This document shows positions 1 to 9,275 of a DNA stretch of 32,000 bases, piece after piece. Each line of letters starts with the position of its first letter. The stretch's first letter is position 1. The DNA is from Nostoc sp. PCC 7120 = FACHB-418 (GTDB lineage Bacteria; Cyanobacteriota; Cyanobacteriia; Cyanobacteriales; Nostocaceae): contig NC_003272.1 in assembly GCF_000009705.1 (NCBI RefSeq), forward strand, positions 5,010,001 through 5,042,000. Direction: 5' to 3'. The position numbers were made by a program, and so were the translations under genes. The notes below the pieces were generated by a model. It saw only the letters and a program-made list of their open reading frames with translations, did not search any database and was not told the DNA's origin.

Positions 1-535
1 GTCTAAGTAATTAGCAATTTGTTTGAGGTTAGCTCCCATAAAACCCTCTCGAAAAAATGGTGGAGCATTTGTCACCAGCACTAGTGTAACCTTTTAGGGG
101 CATCTGGATTAATTGACATAATTGCTTCTCTAGTTTTCGTAAGGGTACAGAAAGCCTTAGTAAACTAAATAAGTCTGTTGGTGGATATATCCAGATTTCT
201 CATATTGCAGAAATTTGGCGAGACTTCAGGTACTCAACTTGTAAAATGAGTAGTTTATCTTGTTTCTCGATTAATTTAAAATACTATTTTTTGTTTGATA
301 TTCATCAGGTATTGAATACAAATATCTAAAAATAAAATTTAATATATGTCCAAGAAATGACAAGCCCGCATATTATTTTTGTCTTATTACCCATTACTAG
401 TTTCTATGAGCAGTTTCATAAATTAAATAGGATGGTGAGAAGTACCCAAAAGGTTCTATATTACAAACATCAATTTGTTGCCACGACTTTATGGTATTCA
501 GCAACACTTTTCGAGGGTCATTAACTGAGATGTTT

Positions 536-1600
536 ATGAATAAATTAGCTGTTATCCTGGGCGCATCATTAATTTTTACTACTACTGCTTGTGGAGGAGA
601 TTCAGCGCCAACAACCGATACATCTACTAATTCAGGAAGTACATTAGTAGCAAATCGCTGGAATACGATCAAAAACCGTGGTCAGTTAATTTGCGGTGTC
701 AGTGGCGAAGTTCCAGGATTCAGTTTTGTGGGAACTGACGGCGAGTATAGCGGTATTGATGTAGATGTTTGTCGGGCGATCGCCGCAGCTTTGTTTGACA
801 ACCCAGATGCAGTAGAATTTCGTAACCTCAGCGCGAAAGAACGATTTACGGCGCTACAAACTGGGGAAGTAGATATTCTCAGCCGTAACACTACTTGGAC
901 ACTCAGCCGCGCTACCTCAGTGGGTCTAGAATTTGCACCTGTAGTCTTTTACGACGGTCAAGCAATCATGGTTCGCAAAAATAGCGCCATCAAGTCTCTA
1001 GCAGACCTGAAAGACAAAGCCATATGTGTGCAAACAGGTACTACAACTGAGCAGAACTTAGCAGACCAAATGCGGAAGCGCAACATCACCTATAAGCCAG
1101 TTGTGTTTGAAGACGTTAACGTTACCTTTGCTACCTACGCTGAAGGACGTTGCGATGCAATTACCGCCGACCGTTCAGCCTTGGTATCCAGACGCACAAC
1201 CCTACCCACACCTGAGGATAATGTGGTTTTGGATGAAGTTATTTCTTCAGAACCACTTGCACCAGCCGTTGCTAGAGGAGATGCTAAATGGAGTAACACT
1301 GTAAATTGGGTAGTTTATGCCTTAATTAAAGGTGAAGAATTAGGAATTAATGCTCAAAATTTAGGTCAATTTACAACTAGTAACGACCCAGATGTGAAAC
1401 GCTTTTTAGGCACCGAAGGTGATTTAGGTCAAGGACTTGGTTTAACTAACGACTTCGCCGCCAGAATCATCAAACACGTCGGGAACTATGCCGAAGTTTA
1501 CGATCGCAACCTCGGCCCCAAGACAAAGCTTAATTTAGCACGCGGTCAAAACCAACTGTGGTCAAAAGGCGGGTTATTATACTCTCCACCATTCCGGTAA
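536..1600 (+). CDS. natF: Amino-acid ABC transporter, periplasmic substrate-binding lipoprotein (AapJ/NatF type)
   Basis: ORF 491..1600. I prefer the ATG at 536 because MNKLAVILGASLIFTTTAC-GG reads as a lipoprotein signal peptide ending in Cys. The mature part looks like a family-3 solute-binding protein. It is the first gene of an SBP-permease-permease-ATPase operon, matching Anabaena N-II natFGH-bgtA and Rhizobium aapJQMP. The start could instead be 491 or 530. Confidence 0.85.
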   Translation: MNKLAVILGASLIFTTTACGGDSAPTTDTSTNSGSTLVANRWNTIKNRGQLICGVSGEVPGFSFVGTDGEYSGIDVDVCRAIAAALFDNPDAVEFRNLSAKERFTALQTGEVDILSRNTTWTLSRATSVGLEFAPVVFYDGQAIMVRKNSAIKSLADLKDKAICVQTGTTTEQNLADQMRKRNITYKPVVFEDVNVTFATYAEGRCDAITADRSALVSRRTTLPTPEDNVVLDEVISSEPLAPAVARGDAKWSNTVNWVVYALIKGEELGINAQNLGQFTTSNDPDVKRFLGTEGDLGQGLGLTNDFAARIIKHVGNYAEVYDRNLGPKTKLNLARGQNQLWSKGGLLYSPPFR

Positions 1601-1667
1601 AAGAGTAAGGAAAAATGACTATTGACTATCTATATACAGAAATTGCACCGCAACGTCTCAATGACCA

Positions 1668-2594
1668 ATGACCAACGAAAAACCTCCTTTTTGGCGTGAT
1701 AATCGCTTCTGGTATATTGCTGGGCAATTGATTGCTTTATTTTTAGCTGCATTTGTAGTAGCTATCCTTTTAGGTAATCTTAACCGCAATTTGCAACGAT
1801 TGGGCATTCAATTTGGCTTTGATTTCCTCAAGCAGCAAGCATCTTTTGATATCGGTGAAACCCTGATTGCTTATAAACCAACTGATACTTATAGTTTGGC
1901 TTTATGGGTAGGACTAATTAATTCATTACGAATAGCATTTGTCGGCATCATTCTGACAACAATCGTTGGTATACTTGCGGGGATAGCTAGATTATCTGAT
2001 AACTGGCTAGTGCGGAATATTTCACTAGTTTATGTAGAGATATTTCGTAATACACCATTACTTTTACAATTGTTGTTTTGGTACTTTGCAGTTTTTTTAG
2101 GGCTTCCCAGAGCAGATAACAAAATTTCTCTTGGGGGATTTATTGGTCTGAGCCAAAACGGATTAGAACTACCTTGGTTCACCTTTTCACCAGAGTTTTC
2201 TGCATTACTGCTGGGGCTAATTTTTTATACTGGAGCTTTTATTGCGGAAATTGTTCGGGGCGGGATTCAGTCAGTATCCAAAGGACAATGGGAAGCAGGG
2301 CGATCGCTAGGATTAAACCCAAGCTTAATCATGCGCCTAGTTATTTTCCCTCAAGCCTTGCGAGTCATCATTCCGCCACTCACAAGCCAGTATCTCAATC
2401 TCACCAAAAATTCCAGTTTAGCGATCGCCATCGGCTACCCCGATATTTATTTTGTCGCCTCCACCACCTTTAATCAAACGGGAAAAGCAGTAGAAGTCAT
2501 GTTACTCCTAATGCTTACCTATCTCTCTCTCAGTTTGACTATCTCCCTCATCATGAATGCCTTTAATCGCACCGTACAGATTAAAGAAAGGTAA
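1668..2594 (+). CDS. natG: Amino-acid ABC transporter permease (AapQ/NatG type)
   Basis: 308-aa polytopic membrane ORF with the polar-amino-acid permease cytoplasmic loop (GQWEAGRSLGLNP...IFPQALRVIIPPLTSQY). It lies directly downstream of the binding protein. The ATG sits inside a caatgac-caatgac heptamer pair. Confidence 0.85.
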   Translation: MTNEKPPFWRDNRFWYIAGQLIALFLAAFVVAILLGNLNRNLQRLGIQFGFDFLKQQASFDIGETLIAYKPTDTYSLALWVGLINSLRIAFVGIILTTIVGILAGIARLSDNWLVRNISLVYVEIFRNTPLLLQLLFWYFAVFLGLPRADNKISLGGFIGLSQNGLELPWFTFSPEFSALLLGLIFYTGAFIAEIVRGGIQSVSKGQWEAGRSLGLNPSLIMRLVIFPQALRVIIPPLTSQYLNLTKNSSLAIAIGYPDIYFVASTTFNQTGKAVEVMLLLMLTYLSLSLTISLIMNAFNRTVQIKER

Positions 2595-2631
2595 TGGAGA
2601 CCGGGAGAAAATTACCTTTGACTAATTACCA

Positions 2632-3777
2632 ATGACTAAACTAACTTGGTTACGCAAAAATCTATTTAGTACTTGGTATAACAGCCTATTAACTGTTATC
2701 TGCTCGGCGTTATCGTTGTGGCTAGTACAAGGGATTATTGTTTGGGCAACTACCAAAGCACAATGGGCAGTTATTCAAGTAAATTTACGCTTATTTTTAG
2801 TGGGCAGATTTCCCCAAACTGAATACTGGCGAGTTTGGATTGTTTTAGCGATCGCTTCTACTTTAGGTGCTGTTACTGCGGGTATTTTCTTTAATCAGCA
2901 AAAATTGACATGGCGTAAAGTAGGCTTATTTGCTTTTATTGTCGGCTTGCTACTAATTCTTTTCACCTTAGATTTGTCATCGCGCCTGTGGTTGCTGTTA
3001 ACTGCGGTTTTATTGATACCTGGTTTTTTACTTGGATCAAGGTTGACAAATTTAGTCGCCCCGTGGCTTTCCTTGATCTGGTTATTGTCCTTCCCCATCA
3101 TTCTGTGGTTGATTGGTGGCGGCTTCGGTTTGCGTCCCGTATCCAGCAATTTATGGAACGGTTTGCTACTCACCTTATTGATGGCAGCAATTAGTATAGT
3201 TCTTTCTTTTCCTATTGGCGTTCTACTCGCCTTGGGACGTACTAGCAATTTGCCGGTAGTACGTTGGTTTTCTATTCTTTACATTGAGATTGTTCGGGGA
3301 GTTCCATTAATTGGAATTTTATTTCTCGCGCAAGTTATGTTGCCTTTGTTTTTCGCAGCCGATGTCCGTTTAGATCGAGTGTTGAGAGCGATCGCTGGCT
3401 TGGTACTATTTAGTGCAGCTTACATGGCTGAGAATGTGCGCGGTGGTCTTCAAGCCGTCTCCCGTGGACAAGTTGAAGCCGCAAAAGCACTAGGGTTAAA
3501 TACATTTTTCGTAGTATTGTTAATTGTCTTGCCCCAAGCCTTACGCGCAGTTATTCCCGCTCTTGTCGGACAATTTATTGGTTTATTTAAAGACACTTCT
3601 CTACTATCGCTTGTAGGCTTAGTAGAACTTACAGGTATAGCCCGTTCGATTTTGGCACAACCTCAGTTTATTGGTCGTTATGCAGAAGTATATTTATTTA
3701 TTGGCTTGATTTATTGGCTATTTTGTTACTCAATGTCCCTTGCTTCCCGGCGGTTAGAGAGACAACTAAATAATTAA
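2632..3777 (+). CDS. natH: Amino-acid ABC transporter permease (AapM/NatH type)
   Basis: 381-aa polytopic membrane ORF. It has a second permease loop, GQVEAAKALGLN...LPQALRAVIPALVGQFI. Its stop abuts the ATPase gene. Confidence 0.85.
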   Translation: MTKLTWLRKNLFSTWYNSLLTVICSALSLWLVQGIIVWATTKAQWAVIQVNLRLFLVGRFPQTEYWRVWIVLAIASTLGAVTAGIFFNQQKLTWRKVGLFAFIVGLLLILFTLDLSSRLWLLLTAVLLIPGFLLGSRLTNLVAPWLSLIWLLSFPIILWLIGGGFGLRPVSSNLWNGLLLTLLMAAISIVLSFPIGVLLALGRTSNLPVVRWFSILYIEIVRGVPLIGILFLAQVMLPLFFAADVRLDRVLRAIAGLVLFSAAYMAENVRGGLQAVSRGQVEAAKALGLNTFFVVLLIVLPQALRAVIPALVGQFIGLFKDTSLLSLVGLVELTGIARSILAQPQFIGRYAEVYLFIGLIYWLFCYSMSLASRRLERQLNN

Positions 3778-3798
3778 GTGAACTTAAGGTTAATGTAT

Positions 3799-4539
3799 AT
3801 GGCAGAACCAACATCAATAATTATTGCTGAAGATGTTCACAAATGGTATGGCAAATTCCATGTCCTCCAAGGTGTTAGTTTAACAGTGAATCGTGGAGAA
3901 GTTGTGGTTTTAATGGGGCCTTCTGGCTCAGGAAAATCCACATTTATCCGGACATTTAATGCTTTAGAAGCATACCAGCAAGGCAGAATTACCATTGATG
4001 GCATCACTCTCAGCCACGACTTGCGAAATATTGACGCAATCCGACGAGAAGTAGGGATGGTATTTCAGCAATTTAATTTATTTCCCCATTTAACAGTTTT
4101 GCAAAACATCACCTTGGCACCCATTTGGGTACGGCGATCAAAAAAAGCCCAAGCCGAAGAATCAGCCATGCAACTCTTAGAGAGAGTAGGCATTCTAGAA
4201 CAAGCAAATAAATATCCAGGACAACTATCTGGAGGTCAACAACAACGAGTAGCGATCGCCCGCGCATTAGCTATGCAACCAAAAATTATGCTATTCGATG
4301 AACCCACTTCTGCCTTAGATCCAGAAATGGTCAGGGAAGTGCTAGACGTGATGCGCTCTCTAGCCCGCGATGGTATGACAATGGTAGTGGTTACCCATGA
4401 AGTCGGGTTTGCCCGTGAAGTCGCCGACCGAGTAGTGTTAATGGATGGCGGTCACCTAGTCGAATCAGCTAGCCCTGACAATTTCTTCACCAAACCCCAA
4501 GAAGAGCGCACCCGCAAATTTTTATCACAGATTCTCTAG
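3799..4539 (+). CDS. bgtA: Amino-acid ABC transporter ATP-binding subunit
   Basis: Walker [13 protein letters not shown] signature [15 protein letters not shown], Walker [13 protein letters not shown] and H-loop VVVTHE. The ORF track starts at GTG 3778 immediately after the natH stop. ATG 3793 or 3799 (MAEPTSIII...) is more plausible, so the start is uncertain by up to 21 nt. Confidence 0.85.
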   Translation: MAEPTSIIIAEDVHKWYGKFHVLQGVSLTVNRGEVVVLMGPSGSGKSTFIRTFNALEAYQQGRITIDGITLSHDLRNIDAIRREVGMVFQQFNLFPHLTVLQNITLAPIWVRRSKKAQAEESAMQLLERVGILEQANKYPGQLSGGQQQRVAIARALAMQPKIMLFDEPTSALDPEMVREVLDVMRSLARDGMTMVVVTHEVGFAREVADRVVLMDGGHLVESASPDNFFTKPQEERTRKFLSQIL

Positions 4540-5230
4540 TGCAAACAATTACCTCGATGCAAAAATTGCATATCTGGAAATCTTACTCTGGTGTATGTGC
4601 GTGATAAACTGCCGTAACTTGGAGATAACAGAGTATGATATCTACTCTTCCTAATTGCCCAAAAGGGTTAAATATAAACTCTTTCCAGTGGGAGATGCCA
4701 CATTTTAAAAATGTTATGTCAGTATTTAAAATAGTATCTCAGGAACGGCAAATTTACTAAATCTTTAAAATTAGTTGCTTAGTTTCAACGATGCACAACC
4801 AGTTTAAATAAGGAAAAATTTTTAACCCTCAGCCGACAGGGAGACTAAGCGAAAATCGCTATCTGGTTTTTTCGGGTGTAAGTACTGTTCAATTACATCC
4901 ACAAAACGGAATGCCCTCAGCAATTTACCATAATTTCGGGTATTATTTGCATATAAGTTGTAGTTGATACAGTAATATTTACATTGATAACAATAAGGTT
5001 TATGTATATAGTAAATAAATTATACATAGTGCTTATTTAAGAAAAAGCACAAAATCAATCACATCTTACTGACGAAAGCAATAACAATTTTTACCGAATC
5101 TTCAAAGAAAAACCAGTGACATAGAAATACTATAAAAGGGAAAATTAAGTATTAGATGCTTTCAAACATAAGCAATCTAGACCTTGCTTTAGTTATCCAA
5201 ACCAGCCAGGGGACTTCTGACTAATTTGTT

Positions 5231-6502
5231 ATGCGGATTTTAATTTACTCATATAACTACTATCCAGAACCAATTGGTATAGCTCCCCTAATGACAGAAT
5301 TAGCAGAGGGACTGGCCAAGAGAGGACATGAAGTGCGTGTGGTCACTGCTATGCCTAACTACCCTGAACGCAGAATTTACGAGGCTTACCGGGGTAAATG
5401 GTATCTGACAGAATATAAGAATGGTGTCAAAATCCAACGTAGTTACGTGTGGATTCGTCCCCAACCGAAATTATTAGACCGAGTATTGCTAGATGCTAGT
5501 TTCGTAGTCACGAGTTTTTTCCCTGCTCTGTTCGGGTGGCGGCCTGATGTGATTTTGTCAACTTCACCATCACTACCCGTGTGCATACCAGCATCTTTAC
5601 TAGGATGGTTGCGTGCTTGTCCTGTGGTCTTGAATTTACAAGATATATTACCAGAAGCAGCCATTCATGTTGGTTTACTGAAAAACAAATGGCTAATTAA
5701 GGTATTCTCCCTATTAGAAAAATTTGCCTATCGTCATGCTACTAAAATTAGCGTTATTGCTGATGGCTTTGTAGAAAATCTCCTCTCCAAAGGTATATCG
5801 CCTGACAAAATAGAGCAAATACCCAACTGGGTTGATGTGAATTTTATTCGTCCCTTACCAAAAGACAGTAATAATTTTCGGAATAGTCATAATCTGCACA
5901 ACAAATTTGTTGTCCTCTACTCTGGCAATATTGCTCTCACCCAAGGTTTAGAAACGGTCATTCAAGCTGCCGCGAAGTTGCGCGATTTCGCCGAAATTTC
6001 CTTTGTAATTGCAGGTGAGGCTAAGGGTTTAGAAAGACTGCAAAAGTATTGTACAAACTGCGGTGCTGATAACGTCTTGTTACTACCTTTTCAACCACGA
6101 GAACATTTACCAGAAATGTTGGCGGCGGCGGATGTTGGGTTAGTGGTGCAGAAAAAAAATGTGATTTCTTTTAATATGCCATCAAAGATTCAAGTCTTAT
6201 TGGCTAGTGGCAGGGCATTGATAGCGTCTGTACCTGATAAAGGCACCGCAGCCAAGGCAATTAAACAGAGTGGTGGCGGTATTGTGGTTCCCCCAGAAGA
6301 CCCTCAAGCTTTAGCAACGGCAATTTTAGACTTATACAAACATCCCGAAAAGGCTAAAACTTTGGGCTATAACAGTCGGAAGTATGCTGTGGAACAATAT
6401 GCTTTTGAGCAAGCATTAAATCAATATGAAAATTTATTTTACTCAGTGACAACAGAAGGCCAAACAATCCCATCCAAAGTAGTTTCCAAGCAGGAAGTAT
6501 GA
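5231..6502 (+). CDS. Glycosyltransferase family 4 (WcaI-like)
   Basis: 423 aa. The N-terminus MRILIYSYNYYPEPIGIAPLMTELAEGLAKRGHEV and the C-terminal FNMPSKIQVLLASGRALIAS are typical of WcaI-type GT-B enzymes. The gene is flanked by long ORF-free spacers. Confidence 0.8.
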   Translation: MRILIYSYNYYPEPIGIAPLMTELAEGLAKRGHEVRVVTAMPNYPERRIYEAYRGKWYLTEYKNGVKIQRSYVWIRPQPKLLDRVLLDASFVVTSFFPALFGWRPDVILSTSPSLPVCIPASLLGWLRACPVVLNLQDILPEAAIHVGLLKNKWLIKVFSLLEKFAYRHATKISVIADGFVENLLSKGISPDKIEQIPNWVDVNFIRPLPKDSNNFRNSHNLHNKFVVLYSGNIALTQGLETVIQAAAKLRDFAEISFVIAGEAKGLERLQKYCTNCGADNVLLLPFQPREHLPEMLAAADVGLVVQKKNVISFNMPSKIQVLLASGRALIASVPDKGTAAKAIKQSGGGIVVPPEDPQALATAILDLYKHPEKAKTLGYNSRKYAVEQYAFEQALNQYENLFYSVTTEGQTIPSKVVSKQEV

Positions 6503-6550
6503 ATCTCAAGCGTCAGACACTCTAGTCATAAAAATTAGTCGTAATTTTTG

Positions 6551-6590
6551 GGGTTGAGGATATTTTTATCTCCTTAGCCCTATTTTGTTG
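6551..6590 (+). terminator. Candidate intrinsic terminator of the glycosyltransferase gene
   Basis: gggttgagga (6551-6560) pairs with tccttagccc (6571-6580), giving 10 bp including 2 G-U pairs. The loop is tatttttatc and a T-rich tail tattttgttgtcttaatttttt follows. A weaker AT-only hairpin lies at 6530-6549. Confidence 0.45.
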
Positions 6591-7059
6591 TCTTAATTTT
6601 TTGCCCTCCTACTATCGAACTTAAATTTTGCCGTCTTTAGTGAGAAAGATATTCAACATATCAGACAAATAAAGCTTTAGGAAGAAGAGCTTAAATTGCT
6701 TATGCTCTATACTCAATATTAGGCAAACAGCTTAAACCAAGAGACAATGATATCTCTAAACCTTCTTGTGGATAATGTACATAAGTCAAGATACAAGAAA
6801 AAAGTTACATGACTAGTACGTAGAAAATCAGCAAGTTTGTATCAAATGCAGCAACTGTCGGAGTTATCGCTACAGAAAAATAACCTGCAACAGTATTTTA
6901 GTGACATGATAATACGTCAGCTAATTTCTCAACCTTTCTCATAGATACCTGTTTTTTTGTTAGTATTCAAAAAAACCAATAGATAGATTTACTGCTCAAT
7001 TGTTGTTTGTAAGTAATTCTCAAAAACCGTAACAAAAGGGATAAAGCACCTGAGGTTTA

Positions 7060-7518
7060 ATGTCTGATTATTTCCAAGGAAATTTACCATTACAATCCGT
7101 CTCGGTAGCCAAGAGCGCTATTAGGAGTCCACAGGCTGAAACTGAGTCTAGTGGAGAATTAGCTCTAACCATTGCCGAAGCAGCATCAGACCGCAAAGCT
7201 GGCGATATTCTAGTGCTGAGAGTAGCAGATGTCTCTTACTTAGCAGATTACTTTGTGATGTTGACTGGCTATTCTAAGGTGCAAGTGAGAGCGATCGCCG
7301 ATGCAATTCAACATGAAGTAGAAACCAAGTGGCAACGACGGCCACTGCGGACAGAAGGCAAAGTGGAAGGCAGTTGGGTACTGCAAGACTATGGCGACAT
7401 CATCGTGCATATCATGATGCCAAAGGAACGGGAGTTTTATAATTTAGAAGCATTCTGGGTTCATGCAGAACGCATCCCCCTACCAAAATCTGATGAGGAT
7501 GAAGGTAACCCAACATGA
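7060..7518 (+). CDS. rsfS: Ribosome silencing factor RsfS (iojap-like)
   Basis: DYFVMLTGYSKVQVRAIADAI...WVLQDYGDIIVHIMMPKEREFYNLEAFW is the conserved RsfS/iojap core. A GAGG Shine-Dalgarno lies 5 nt upstream. Confidence 0.85.
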   Translation: MSDYFQGNLPLQSVSVAKSAIRSPQAETESSGELALTIAEAASDRKAGDILVLRVADVSYLADYFVMLTGYSKVQVRAIADAIQHEVETKWQRRPLRTEGKVEGSWVLQDYGDIIVHIMMPKEREFYNLEAFWVHAERIPLPKSDEDEGNPT

Positions 7519-8015
7519 TGAAGTCGTCGCTGGCAAATTGTCCGGTTCCCGTAGACCAACAACCACTGAATGAGTACGAAGAGTTAAAAACTTCCTGGCT
7601 GTTTCGTGATTGCGCCTTAAATTGGCGGGAGTATGCCACAAAATTAATTTGGATTTGGAGTTTATCTTGGCTGGTGGCTGGGCCAGTAGCCGCAGCTAGC
7701 TTTCCCCCAAATAAACAACTGACCCATTTTCTGTTATGTGGGGCAGCTGGAGCCAGCGTCGGAGTAGTCCTAAGTTTGGTAAGGCTATACCTGGGCTGGC
7801 TGTATGTGCGCGATCGCCTCTATAGTATGACTGTCTTCTACGAAGAATCAGGCTGGTACGATGGCCAAACTTGGATCAAGCCCCAAGAAGTTCTCACCCG
7901 CGATCGCTTGATTGTCACCTACGAAATCAAACCCATTCTCCAACGGTTACAATTTACTTTCACTGGCTTGGCGGGACTCTTTCTTATTGGTACTATAGTT
8001 TGGCATTTGTTTTAA
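7515..8015 (+). CDS. DUF1230 / Ycf36-like (CGLD27-type) membrane protein
   Basis: The N-terminus CPVPVDQQPLNEYEELKTSWLF followed by two hydrophobic segments resembles the plastid/cyanobacterial Ycf36 family. Its start overlaps the rsfS stop in ATGA (7515-7518). Confidence 0.7.
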   Translation: MMKSSLANCPVPVDQQPLNEYEELKTSWLFRDCALNWREYATKLIWIWSLSWLVAGPVAAASFPPNKQLTHFLLCGAAGASVGVVLSLVRLYLGWLYVRDRLYSMTVFYEESGWYDGQTWIKPQEVLTRDRLIVTYEIKPILQRLQFTFTGLAGLFLIGTIVWHLF

Positions 8016-8095
8016 ATCGTCATGAGTCAGTAGTCAGTAAGCAACTGACGACTTACAACTGGCAACTTACAAAAAAAAGAGATAAATATTAACCC

Positions 8096-9049
8096 ATGAC
8101 AATGGGAAAGCGCACTCAAGCCCCAGCACTGGAAGTCCGGTTGCTGCGTGAAGGTATTATCGAATCGAAGCATATAGTCCAAGCTGTTGTTTGCGATGAA
8201 CGAGGACGAGTGCTTAGTGTTGCCGGTAACTCGGAAACAGCTACATTTGTCCGTTCAGCACTCAAACCATTTCAGGCACTTGCAGTCACTACTACAGGGA
8301 CACTGGAACGCTACGATTTGAGCGATCGCGACTTAGCAATTATTACCAGTTCCCACAAGGGTACAATCGAGCAAGTAAGGCAGGCATTTAATATCCTGTG
8401 GCGTGCTGATCTTGACCCTTCCGTACTCCAGTGTCCAATTCCTCAAGGCAAACGTAGCCCTCTTGAATATAATTGCTCTGGTAAGCACGCAGGAATGTTG
8501 GCTATTTGTCAACAACGCCATTGGCCTTTAAATAACTACATGGATCGCAAACACCCAGTACAGCAGTTAGTTCTGGCTAAGGTTGCAGAGTTATTGCGAA
8601 TGCCAGCCGCAGAATTTATTAGCGCCCACGATGATTGTGGTGTACCTACTTATCTACTGCAATTAGGTCAAATTTCTTCTTTATATGCGCTTCTAGCTGC
8701 TAGTAACAACCTAGATATGGAACGCATTGTCCGAGCCATGACTCATCACCCGTCAATGGTAGCAGGAGAGAGGGAATTTGATACGGAACTAATGCGCTTA
8801 ACTCCTGGGGAATTAGTAAGTAAGTCTGGTGCAGAAGGCGTACAGTGCATTGGCAGACTTGGTGAAGGGATGGGATTGACGATTAAGGTCATGGACGGCG
8901 CTAAACGGGCAAAATATGCAGTTGCTATTCACCTCCTCCAGCAGATGGGTTGGATTACTCCTAGCGTTGCTGAAAGCTTGGCAGAAAAATTTATGAACCC
9001 AGGCAAATACACGCGTTTAGAGGTTGTTGGAGAATTATCGCTTTTATAG
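8096..9049 (+). CDS. Asparaginase, Asparaginase_II (Rhizobium etli-type) family
   Basis: 317 aa with SALKPFQA, SSHKG and CSGKHAGML motifs and a SGAEGV segment characteristic of this family. Confidence 0.75.
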   Translation: MTMGKRTQAPALEVRLLREGIIESKHIVQAVVCDERGRVLSVAGNSETATFVRSALKPFQALAVTTTGTLERYDLSDRDLAIITSSHKGTIEQVRQAFNILWRADLDPSVLQCPIPQGKRSPLEYNCSGKHAGMLAICQQRHWPLNNYMDRKHPVQQLVLAKVAELLRMPAAEFISAHDDCGVPTYLLQLGQISSLYALLAASNNLDMERIVRAMTHHPSMVAGEREFDTELMRLTPGELVSKSGAEGVQCIGRLGEGMGLTIKVMDGAKRAKYAVAIHLLQQMGWITPSVAESLAEKFMNPGKYTRLEVVGELSLL

Positions 9050-9078
9050 TTGCCAAACTTTTGAGTTTGGGTTATACT
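9050..9078 (+). promoter_or_regulatory. Candidate sigma70-type promoter for the initiator tRNA
   Basis: TTGCCA (9050-9055), a 17-nt spacer, then TATACT (9073-9078). It begins right after the asparaginase stop and ends about 20 nt before the tRNA 5' end. Confidence 0.4.
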
Positions 9079-9098
9079 TGAAAAGTCAAGAAAAACGA

Positions 9099-9175
<77 letters not shown>

Positions 9176-9188
9176 ACTCATAAACAAC

Positions 9189-9230
9189 AAAACCTCACAT
9201 TCTTTGAAGATTGTGGGGTTTTGTTTTATT
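9189..9230 (+). terminator. Intrinsic terminator after the tRNA
   Basis: aaaacctcaca (9189-9199) pairs with tgtggggtttt (9212-9222), with one G-U pair. The run ttttgttttatttt follows. Confidence 0.6.
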
Positions 9231-9275
9231 TTGATCTATTCTTGAGTTGGGATCTTCCAAAAAGCGCGGAGAATC

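Noticed and set aside
1-39. A - strand reading frame starts at ATG (rc of 37-39), with GAGGG upstream, and runs off the left edge (MGANLKQIANYLD...). It faintly resembles a LacI-type HTH N-terminus.
   Set aside because: Only 13 codons are visible. That is too little to call a gene or a family.
182-193. A 12-bp perfect palindrome TGGATATATCCA lies about 345 nt upstream of natF. ATCTGGAT (102-109) also pairs with ATCCAGAT (189-196).
   Set aside because: It could be a regulator binding site, but it matches no consensus I can name. I found no GTA-N8-TAC NtcA box in 1-535. Short AT-rich palindromes are common by chance.
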